Below, piece after piece: positions 34,395-44,400 of a stretch of DNA of 60,648 nt. A program made the translations under genes and the position numbers. Every line of letters starts with the position of its first letter. The stretch's first letter is position 1. This stretch comes from a virus. Taxonomy: Duplodnaviria > Caudoviricetes. The stretch is from positions 1 through 60,648 of IMG/VR virus record IMGVR_UViG_3300032266_000396; one strand, given 5' to 3'. Below the pieces are notes generated by a model, which was not told where the DNA came from, did not search any database, and saw only the letters and a program-made list of their open reading frames with translations.

Positions 34395-35851
34395 ACATAC
34401 TTGAAAGAAACCCCGGGTTCAGTAACAAAGAGATGTGGAAACAATGCGAGTTACTACGAAGCGTTATCTTTCAAACCGTAGAGACTAAGGTTGGAAGAGG
34501 TAAAAATGTTAGAGTTGTTCAAAATTTCAAGCACGATACACCTAAAGAAGTTAGAGAACGAATAGCTAATAGCTGTGAGTATTATAAACAATTACACCTA
34601 AAAGATATGGAAAGAAATAATCAAATTAAATTTAGAGATTATCAGTTCGACATCATAAGGAAAGGTACAGAGATACTAAACAAAAGTGGATTTGTTTACC
34701 TCGCTATGGAAGTTCGTACAGGTAAGACATTAACGAGCCTTGGAATAGCAGAAAGAATTAATAGCAGTAATGTATTATTTTTAACAAAAAAGAAAGCTGT
34801 GTCAAGTATTCAGAAGGATTACGAGCTACTCAACCCTCCGTATCATTTAACAGTTACCAACTACGAGAGTTTACATAAAATAGAAAATACCGATTGGGAT
34901 TTAATCATTTGTGATGAAGCTCACTCGATGGGTGCGTTTGCTAAGCCGAGCAAGAGGGCGGTTCAGGTAAAAGACTTGATAGCTATTACAAAAGCAAAGG
35001 TCATATTGCTATCGGGAACACCAACTCCTGAATCGTATTCTCAGATGTACCATCAGGTTTATGGAATACCAAATAACCCTTTCAAAGAGTATAAGAATTT
35101 TTATAAATTTTGTAGTAAATTTGTAGTTGTTAAGACCAAAATAATCAATGGTTTATCAATGAATGACTATTCTAACGGGATGTACACTATCCTTGAAGAA
35201 ATGGAACCTTTTATGATAAACTACACTCAAGCAGAGGCAGGCTTCATAGCCGAGACTATTGAAGAAGTATTTGAAGTCGAGCTAAAAGAATCAACCTATA
35301 AGTTGATTAAGAAGCTAAGCAGAGATTTAATTGTACAAGGAAAGGAAGAGGTTATCTTAGGAGATACTCCCGTAAAGTTGATGAGTAAAATACATCAGTT
35401 ATACTCAGGAACCGTAAAGTTTGAAAGCGGAAATTCTATGGTAATAGATACCACTAAAGCAGAGTTCATAAAAGAGCAATGGATGGGATGCCAAATTGGA
35501 ATCTTTTATAAGTTCAAAGAAGAGCTTGAGGCTTTGAAGCAAGTGTTCGGAGATGAGCTTACAACAGAGCTTAGTGTCTTTGAAGACACTTACAAGAACA
35601 TAGCATTGCAGATTGTATCAGGGCGTGAGGGTATATCGTTAAAGAAAGCAGAGTATCTCGTGTATTACAATATTGATTTTAGTGCTACGAGTTATTGGCA
35701 ATCAAAGGATAGAATGACCACCAAGGACAGACCAAAGAACGAAGTGTTTTGGATTTTCGCCAAGGGAGGTATTGAAGAACAGATTTATAAAGCAGTAACA
35801 AAAAAAAAAGACTATACATTAGCACACTTTAAAAAAGATTTTTACTTATGA
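34361..35851 (+). CDS. SF2 (SNF2-like) helicase
   Basis: FRDYQ, EVRTGKT, ICDEAH, LSGTPTPE, GREGISL, QSKDRM; start uncertain. Confidence 0.88.
   Translation: MCCMQSENQTIDILERNPGFSNKEMWKQCELLRSVIFQTVETKVGRGKNVRVVQNFKHDTPKEVRERIANSCEYYKQLHLKDMERNNQIKFRDYQFDIIRKGTEILNKSGFVYLAMEVRTGKTLTSLGIAERINSSNVLFLTKKKAVSSIQKDYELLNPPYHLTVTNYESLHKIENTDWDLIICDEAHSMGAFAKPSKRAVQVKDLIAITKAKVILLSGTPTPESYSQMYHQVYGIPNNPFKEYKNFYKFCSKFVVVKTKIINGLSMNDYSNGMYTILEEMEPFMINYTQAEAGFIAETIEEVFEVELKESTYKLIKKLSRDLIVQGKEEVILGDTPVKLMSKIHQLYSGTVKFESGNSMVIDTTKAEFIKEQWMGCQIGIFYKFKEELEALKQVFGDELTTELSVFEDTYKNIALQIVSGREGISLKKAEYLVYYNIDFSATSYWQSKDRMTTKDRPKNEVFWIFAKGGIEEQIYKAVTKKKDYTLAHFKKDFYL
35574..35589. repeat. 16-bp palindrome GTGTCTTTGAAGACAC inside the helicase gene
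   Basis: Exact reverse copy; encodes SVFEDT. Confidence 0.9.
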
Positions 35852-36072
35852 CACTAAAAGAAAAGTTTAGAAAATTAAATTTATCAACGTGGATAAATGA
35901 AAATGATACAGAAAAAATAGAACAAATAGCTGATGAATTTGCTATTGGATTTGGATGTTGGTTACATCAAAATCTTACTCATATTTCAAAAGATAGTTGG
36001 GGAGTTTATAATGGTGAGTGGTTAACAGTAAATGAAAGTTTAGAAATCTATAAAAAAGAAAAAGGATTATGA
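35848..36072 (+). CDS. Hypothetical protein, ADEFAI family
   Basis: IADEFAIGFGCW...LEIYKKEKGL. Confidence 0.6.
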   Translation: MTLKEKFRKLNLSTWINENDTEKIEQIADEFAIGFGCWLHQNLTHISKDSWGVYNGEWLTVNESLEIYKKEKGL

Positions 36073-36299
36073 CAGAAAATAAATTGATTAATAAATATTT
36101 AGATATAATAAAAAAACCTTTTAAAGATAAAGGATTTTATTATGACCTTAATACTGCAGAAGAATGTTCAGAAGTCGCAGATGAATTTGCTATTGACTTT
36201 CATCAATGGATGAGAGTAAATGATACCAAAGAAAACGCAGATAAATACTTCCACTTTACGGATAAGGATATGTTGAACGAATTTAAAAAATCATTATGA
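36069..36299 (+). CDS. Hypothetical protein, ADEFAI family
   Basis: VADEFAIDFHQW...LNEFKKSL. Confidence 0.6.
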   Translation: MTENKLINKYLDIIKKPFKDKGFYYDLNTAEECSEVADEFAIDFHQWMRVNDTKENADKYFHFTDKDMLNEFKKSL

Positions 36300-36539
36300 A
36301 AAAAATATATTTAAACAAGAAAGAGTTTCGATACAATAAAATCATTGACAAACTATTTTGGGTAGCAGTTTTTGCTATATTGTACGGTTGCTTATTATTA
36401 ATTTTAAACTAAACAATTATGAATTGGGATTATCCACCTGAAGAAAAAGAGTGTACTTGTAGATATTGCGGAGAGGACTCAGAAAAAGAATTTTGTAACA
36501 GAGAGTGTGCCAAAGCATACGAAGCAGATAATTAAAGAT

Positions 36540-36827
36540 ATGGCAAGTAAAAGAAACAAGATGGCGGGAGAGCATCCATCATACGATAAACTAAATATGT
36601 CTCCTGAAAGAAGAGCTAAAAAGTTAGCTTACGATAAAAAGTATGAGGCTTCTCCCAAGAGGGTAAACTATCGAGAAGACCTCAACCAAGCAAACCGAAA
36701 AGCGAAGACTTACGGAAATGGAGATAACTTAGATATGAGCCATACTAAAGCAGGAAGTATGGTTCCTGAGAATCTAAAGTCTAACAGAGCAAGAAATGGT
36801 CATAACGGTAAATCAACTAAGAAATGA
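36540..36827 (+). CDS. Basic protein with HNH-like motif
   Basis: GDNLDMSH...ENLKSNRARNG; ATG at 36540. Confidence 0.55.
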   Translation: MASKRNKMAGEHPSYDKLNMSPERRAKKLAYDKKYEASPKRVNYREDLNQANRKAKTYGNGDNLDMSHTKAGSMVPENLKSNRARNGHNGKSTKK

Positions 36828-37156
36828 TAAAGTGTTTATGTATTGATGACAGAAACAAACCAACACAAATCCCACAAGAAAAGTGGATAGAAGTTGGTAA
36901 AGAATACACTATTCTTTTTAGTATGACTGTGCTTCCTCAGAAACAATTGGCTTTTCAATTATATGAAATTGACCTTGATGATAGTTGTTCTCCATACACG
37001 TGGTTCCTCGCAAACAGGTTTTCTTTCAGAAGGGAAGACCTTGAGGAGTTAATAGCTTTTATCCAAGAATGCAATCGAATCAACTTTACAATAAATGAGT
37101 TGAAAAAAACTATAAACATAGATGAAAGAGAGCCAAATACAATCGAAAAAGATTAA
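36824..37156 (+). CDS. Hypothetical protein
   Basis: CLCIDDRNKP...WIEVGKEY...FLANRF. Confidence 0.65.
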   Translation: MIKCLCIDDRNKPTQIPQEKWIEVGKEYTILFSMTVLPQKQLAFQLYEIDLDDSCSPYTWFLANRFSFRREDLEELIAFIQECNRINFTINELKKTINIDEREPNTIEKD

Positions 37157-37364
37157 GGAACTCGAGGCTCAGGGGTATTACGTTTTAAAGTTGATTAAAA
37201 CTAACAAGAATGGTATTCCTGACCTTATAGCTATTCCTCCTAATTCAGATGTTGAGTTCTTTGAGGTTAAAGCCCCAAATGGGAAATTATCTCCCCTACA
37301 AGAGTGGAGGATAAAAGAACTAACTGAGCACGGAGTAAAAGCAGAGGTATATAAACCACTATAA
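37122..37364 (+). CDS. VRR-NUC domain nuclease
   Basis: ESQIQ, GIPDLI, FFEVK, GKLSPLQ. Confidence 0.85.
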   Translation: MKESQIQSKKIKELEAQGYYVLKLIKTNKNGIPDLIAIPPNSDVEFFEVKAPNGKLSPLQEWRIKELTEHGVKAEVYKPL

Positions 37365-37374
37365 ATTAAATCAA

Positions 37375-37851
37375 ATGCAATCAAGACAAGAAGGAATAAA
37401 AGAACTCAAGAAAATAGTAAATGATATTTTTTTAGTTGACATAGATTCTAAGAATAGTAAAAGGGGAGTAGTTGATGCTCGTAAAGTTTATTCTAAAATT
37501 TTAAGGGATAGTGGGTATAGCTATAAATTAATAGGCGAGACGATAGATAAAAATCACGCAACTATAATTCACTATATAAAAAACATAGAGTATCTATTAT
37601 CTTATGACCAAAATTTAAAAAAAAAGTATGTTGCTTGTAAAAATGTTTTTATTAAAGACCAAGATAAAAAAGATGTAGATATATATGTAACTGTGATAAG
37701 ACTGTCAAACGAACTTAAAGAAGCTATAGCTTTTAAAGAAAAACTTTTAGATGAGTTTTTGGATTATATTCAAGACTACGAAAAAAGAACAGGGCGTTTA
37801 CCAAATTCTTATGAATGCAAACATCATATACTACAATTGTTTAACAATTAA
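37375..37851 (+). CDS. DnaA C-terminal-like HTH protein (second copy)
   Basis: SKRGVVDARKVY...SYKLIGETIDKNHATIIHY. Confidence 0.7.
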   Translation: MQSRQEGIKELKKIVNDIFLVDIDSKNSKRGVVDARKVYSKILRDSGYSYKLIGETIDKNHATIIHYIKNIEYLLSYDQNLKKKYVACKNVFIKDQDKKDVDIYVTVIRLSNELKEAIAFKEKLLDEFLDYIQDYEKRTGRLPNSYECKHHILQLFNN

Positions 37852-37860
37852 TAGTAATGT

Positions 37861-38055
37861 ATGAACCAAGAGAAGGATAGCGAAGACGAAAGAGCTTCCC
37901 GGATTGCGTATCGAACAAACGAATACCATTCGCTATTAGATAGTATCTATGAAGGCTTGGTTGACCGTGATTTTAAATTAGTTAGAAAAGAAGCACAGTT
38001 TCTAATTATGGAATTAAGGTGCATACTAAAATCAACAGAAGAAGATGACTTTTGA
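37861..38055 (+). CDS. Hypothetical protein
   Basis: ORF track. Confidence 0.55.
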   Translation: MNQEKDSEDERASRIAYRTNEYHSLLDSIYEGLVDRDFKLVRKEAQFLIMELRCILKSTEEDDF

Positions 38056-38458
38056 AACAGAGCAAGACTTAAAAAGAGAGCAGAAAGCTATAGAGACATT
38101 CGTAAATACTTTTGGAGGTTCATTTCAAAAACTTGACCCATACGACATTGACTACAAAGTGTTTGATAAAAGCGGTAAATTAATTGCCTACGCTGAGGTA
38201 AAAGGCAGAATAAAAACTATGTACAACGCATATCCTTTACTTATAGCTGCAAGAAAAATTGTTAAGCTAACAGATAAAAGACTTAATCCTGTATTAATAT
38301 GGGCTTGCGAAGATGGTATAATTTACGGTAAGGTTGATAAATTAAAAGGAGAAATCAAGTGGGGTGGAAGACCCCAACGTGATAACTCCTTTAATGATGA
38401 TGAGCTTATGGTTTATTACGATAAACAAAAAGCTCTAAAGTATGTTAGGTTTGTTTAA
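38045..38458 (+). CDS. PD-(D/E)XK nuclease-like protein
   Basis: YDIDY...YAEVKGR. Confidence 0.55.
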   Translation: MTFETEQDLKREQKAIETFVNTFGGSFQKLDPYDIDYKVFDKSGKLIAYAEVKGRIKTMYNAYPLLIAARKIVKLTDKRLNPVLIWACEDGIIYGKVDKLKGEIKWGGRPQRDNSFNDDELMVYYDKQKALKYVRFV

Positions 38459-41400
38459 TTATTGACCAAACTTCTTACTCCCAAAACTACTCTTTGATGA
38501 TTTACTTTCTCCAAGTCCTTTATCTCCAAATTCTTTTGAGCCAAATCCTTTTTTATCTTTTGGAACGTAATTATTCATATCATCCTTAGCATCTCTTTCC
38601 TTGGCTTTTTCTATAGCTTTAGCTTCTTTTTCGTCAATATGATTTTCATACCAATCCGATTTTTCTCCAAAAGTTTCTTCGTAAAGTTTAGGGTCGTATC
38701 GTTTCATATCTTCTCTATTCTCATACCCTTGAAGTAGCTCCTTGCCTAATTCTCTATCTTCCTTGGCTAATTTCTCATCTCTTGATGTTTGTTTCTTCTT
38801 AGCCATTTTTATAGAACCTCTTATAGCACCTGCTATTTCAGGAGGGAATACACCAATATTGGTCAAGAAAGCAGGACCTAATAAAACACCTAATGCTTTT
38901 CTATCTCTTTCAGATATTTCGTGTTCTTTGTTGAAATCATCTTTGTATTTTCCTGTAGCCCATAATTTTACCATTCCAAACAATTGCATAGCTCTATCAG
39001 GAGCTATACCATACATCCCAAGAAATTTTACAAACTCCTCAGGTTTTGTTGAGTATAAAGACAGTCTATCTTCCTCATCCATATCTAAAGCATCTTGAAC
39101 TCCTGCTAAGAAATTTGCAGCTCCTGTTTGAACAATTTTATCAAGAATAGGTAATGGAGAAAAAACATCCGTAACTACAGATGTAGCTTGACCTTTTAAT
39201 ACTCCATCTCTTCTTTTCTTTTCTTCATCATCAGTCTCTCCTTTGCCCATCATAGATGCAGCAGCATATCCTGTTAGTATAGCAATACCGGCAGACATAG
39301 CTCTAAAAGTAGCCATCTCCGCTGCATAACCCGCCAAAGACCTTGCGGCAACAATTTTGTCCTCTTTAGTTGAAACATTCCAATATCCTAATGTTGAAAG
39401 GTCAGCACCTAATCTTGACGATTGGTTCATTCTGAAACTTGCAAAAGCCATAAATATCTTAGTAAGCACTTGCTTACCTGTTTCTTTAGAAGAAAATAAA
39501 CTTCCTGCTAAATCGTGGTCAGATACGTTTTGCTGTCTATCTACCATCCTTTGAGCATAGTTTGCCGCTGTCTCATTTAGTGGATGGTCAGAGTAATCAA
39601 TATTCTTATAGTCTTTACCTTGTTGTTTCAAAGACTTCTCATAGTAAGCCTTGAAGGAAGCTCTTGCTACAGCAACATCGGGTCTAACCAAGAATGTTTT
39701 TAACCATTTTCTATTTGCTTCTTCAATAAGCTCCATCGCTCTTTTTGCGTTTGAGTTTGCTGCTTCTTCAATTAATTTATTAATTGATTCAACTTCTGCT
39801 TGAGACTCTATACCTCTATTAGCAATGGCATATCCTGACTGTGAAATCCAATTATTAAAATCAGAATTGAAAGATGCTGTTAAGCTAAAAGTTCCTGCAT
39901 TTACCCACGTATTTACAGCTACCGGAACAAACTGTTTGAAAACTTGAGTCGGTCCTCCTAATGCTTGTCCAACACCAAGAGTTGCTATTTTATTCAGTTT
40001 TCTAACTGCCTTAGAAAGCTCGTCATTTGAATATGGATTCTTGTTTCTTGTGTTGGCAACATATAATTGAACTCTATTAGTAAGTAGCTTTGCATCCTCA
40101 GGATTTGGAACTATTTTACTAAAATTCTCAGAATTTAAAAACGCCTGAACCTGTCTTATTGGAGCTGCTGTCTCAATATCCACAAGTGCATCATACATAG
40201 AGTTAGAGTTGTTTCTATCAAATGATAAATCAATATAACTCAATACGTTTTTATTTCCATTCATAGGAAGCGTGTTTGTTCCTGTTGTGTCCATCAAAAC
40301 GCCTGTTTTTTTGTTGTACAACACACCATTGGTATTATTGATAAATGCAGAATCGCTATTAGTCAAGTCAACATCTTGAGGAGCACTCTCTAATCTAACA
40401 TACTTATCAGGAGAATAATTCAAGTCTCTATCTAAGTTTTTGTTGTAAACATTAAGAGCTACATCCGCTAATCTGTCAAATTGATTATCCCATTGTTTAT
40501 GCCAAAAGTAAATAGCCTCTAAATTTTTAGGGTCAGTATTGTCTTTTATTCCCTGAATATCATTTGCATCTGCGATTACTTTGTCATATACCTTTTGGTA
40601 CAATTCTGCTTTCTTTTGCTCTTGTTCGTTACCTTTTCTTAAAGCTGCAATAGATTGGTCTATTAAACCTTTTCTTCTTCCAAACTCTATTTGCATTTCT
40701 TGCTCAGTTCCAATAACATTTCTAATCATAAACGCAGCCATACCTCTTTCAGTATTATTTTCTGCTGTATTAAACTTCTGCCCATTTGGTCTTACATCTT
40801 TATTGTAAAACTGTTTAACGTAGTCGTTAATGATATTATTTGACTGAGTTTGTGCGTATGCCTTTCTGTTAATCAATTTTGTCAATCCCATTAAGTCCTG
40901 AACCACACCACCACGGTTAAACCCCTTGAACATTTTTTCAAAAAGAATATTTAAGTTGGTAGTTTGCTCCCCAAAAGTTCTACCAAGTTGTTTGAAGAAG
41001 AACTTTCTTAATGCGATAGCTTTGATTCCTTTTCTTAAAACAATTTTTGTGTTATTATTTCCTTCGTATATAGAAGTAACAGCATCCATAGAAGCTGTTG
41101 ATTTATTCTCTATGAAGTTGGCAAGTGCATCAACTGCGGCAAGAGCATTTTTAGTAGTCATATTTTTAGGGTCCATAGCCATAAATTTAGAGATGATTTC
41201 TTTTTCTCTTTTAGTATATTCTACTTCTTCTCCCGTAAACGCATCTACTCCGGTATCTATACTGTTCTGTATCATTGCAGAATAAATCTCAAATGCTGTG
41301 TTGATGGTATCTCTTACTATACCCTCGTTTTTATCTGTCATTGGTTTATCTTCCTCTAACAGAGCCATCATCTCAGCCTCAGTAAAAGTAGAAGCATCTA

Positions 41401-44400
41401 CACCCATTAAACTTTGTATGTCAGCTATTCTTTCATCACGAATTATATTTGCTTGAGATTTCTCTTCTACATTGATATACTCAGTGGCATCTTGAATATT
41501 TACTGTGTTTGCAAACCTAACTTTCTGACCGCTTATTTTAGAGCCATCTACAGCCTCTTTTATTTTAGCTGCCATATCATTATAAACTTCGATATTTTTT
41601 GCAAGAGAGGGGTCTAATTTTCCAAATTTAGCGGCTAAATCACGTAGGTTAGCATCTTTAGTTTTATCACGAGACAAACTTCTTATTTTCTTTCTTAATT
41701 TTTGAGCATCAGTTAACCTTTGAGCGTAGTCGGCATTATTGTACACCTTGGTTACATAGTCAATAAGTCTTCTTGTAGATTTTTCACTAAGAACATTTGT
41801 GTTTCCTAATCTATTTAAAATAGCTTGCTCTTGAATTTTGTTTATTTTACCTAACTTTCTTAAATCTCTTATCTCTTTTATTAATGTCTGAGTAGCTTCT
41901 TTTACAGCTTTTACAGCATATTTACCACCTCTAATTTGGTCTTTGAACTGTTTATTAAGTGCAACTCTTTCAGTCATTATTACTTTTCTGATGTCTCTTA
42001 ATCTTCCAAGTATTCTTGCTACTGATGGAGCAGACTTTTCTTTGATACCAAACTGTTTACGCAATTGACGAACTAACGCCTCTCTCTGAACATCTGTAGC
42101 ATTCTCATAAACTTTAGAGTCTTGTTGAAGATAATCAAGAGCTGCTTGAAATGCTCTTTCATTTGTTCCTCCTCTTTCTTTAAGTACCTTTTGAGTTATA
42201 CCATCAACTATACTCATCATTCGGTCATATCCCGGGAGTTCAACTTCAGATAATCCTTGTGTACCTAATTCTTCAGATGTAGTTTCTTCTACTTTTGTGG
42301 TTGGTTCTTCAGATGTAGTTTCTTCTACTTTTGTGGTTGGTTCTTGGAACGCTTCAAGAACATTACTTCTATCGTATTGTCTTGTTTGGTCTTCGGTTCC
42401 TTCGTTGATTGCTCCTTGGTAAGAAGATTTTTTGATAATAACATTGTGTCCATCCAACGCATTACTTCCGAGTGTTTGCCCGATTGCATTTGCGGTTGCA
42501 CTTGATTTTGATTGGAAGTCTTTAAGTTTTTCATTGTATTGCTCATCTTTAGTTAGATTATTATTTTCAGGTAAAAAGGTAATTACTGATACTTCAACTT
42601 GATTATTATTGATGCTAAATGCATCAACTCCCTCATTTTCTAACGATACAGATAAGTCTGCTACTTGTTCGTCAGTTATTGGTTCAGCAAAGGTATAAAT
42701 AATTTTTGGATAATGCATTAAATCATTATCATAAAATTCAGTAAGAGGCATATCTACGTTACCATTAATCCATTCATCGTGTAATTCAGATTCAGTTTCT
42801 AATATAAATGCATCTTGAGAGTATTTTTCAGAAAAATCATAAAGCATATCACTAACCTTTTGAGTATCTGCATCAGGGCTAATAGACAAGTTCATATTAA
42901 AAGATGGCTCAAATTTACCATCCCATAATCCACGATTGGTATCTTTAAATGTAACTTCTACTCCTTTTATGTCTGCTACTGCATCAATAATCTCTTGTTT
43001 TGCTACATCAGTTATTTGTGATTCAGTTTTCTTTATTTGTTCAAGAACTTTTGGGTTTTTGTCTTTTGAAAATTGCTTTACTAATTTGTCATATTTTAAT
43101 GATAATGCCTTAATTTTTTTAGTAATTGGATTAAACCCACGCACTGTAGCAGGAGTTATAAGAACAGACACATCTTTAACAGATGTAGTTTTTGGTGCTT
43201 CAACATTTACTGTTTCTGTTGGTTGTCCATTTTCTTTTATTTTTTGAGCTTGTTTTAAATTTTTTCTAAGTTCTATCTTTAAAGAATTAGCTTCCTCATT
43301 TGTTATTTCGTTATCTCTAACTAAAACAGTTATTTCTTTATTTTTATCTCTAAACTGTTTAATCATAGTATTATAATCATCTACAACATCAATAGATGTG
43401 TTTGGGTCAGAACCAATAGTTTGAGTTGTTGGTTGTGTCTTTGAAGACACTATTTCATCTAATTTAGCTTCTGCTTCTTCTCTTGTAGCATAAGATGGTG
43501 CAATTCCTCGTTCATCTGTTCCTTCTTCGTAAAGATTAGTTTTATCATTAAAAATTTTAAATCCATCTTCACTTTCTACTATTGTTAAGTCTTCTTGCGG
43601 TTTCGCATTAGTGATAGTTTCTTCGGTAATTGCTTGAGGTTGGGTGTTTCCTTCGACCACTCCTTGCAATCCCACCCCGGCTTCTTTTGTGCGTAGCACG
43701 CTTTCATTTGTTGTTGGCTCTTGAATGGCATCTTCTTCTTCGTTTAAAAGGTTACTTAATTCGTCTTCTGTTAATTGAGAGTTTGTTTTTTCTTTTATAA
43801 TCTCTTGTATTTTTACTCCTGTTTCTTGGTCGTTTTTTACGCCAAGAGCTGAACGCAAAAGTCTTCTTGCTGTCATACCCTCAGTCTTCTCAATAAATTG
43901 TTCCTTGGTATATCTTACACCATCAATCATATATTCAGCAACTCCTTTCTTAGTAGTTCCTAAAGTTTTACTAAGGTCAACTGAAGATTCTTCAGGAGCC
44001 AATTCTTTTGTATCAGCAATAACTGCTAACTCTTGATTTATCTCTTTTATCTTATCTGAATAGATTTCTCTCCTGTTAGTTGAGGAGGTAAGCTCTTCTT
44101 TGGCAGACATCAATTCCATAGTCCTTACCAATACAGCAGGCTTAATTTTGTTTTTGTTTTCTCCTACAGATAAAGCCTCTCTTGCATCTCTTTTTAATCC
44201 TACGTTCTCTTGTATTCTTTGATTGGTATCAGCATCAATTTTACCAAGTTGGTGCATATTGTTAGCCCAAGATGATATTCTTGAATCAGAAGCAGATTCT
44301 GTACCTACAAAGCTAGCATCGGTAAGTTTGTTTGCTATTTCTAAATTAGAATTATTTTTAATACCCCTGTAGGTATTGATAGCCATATTAGAACTATTAT

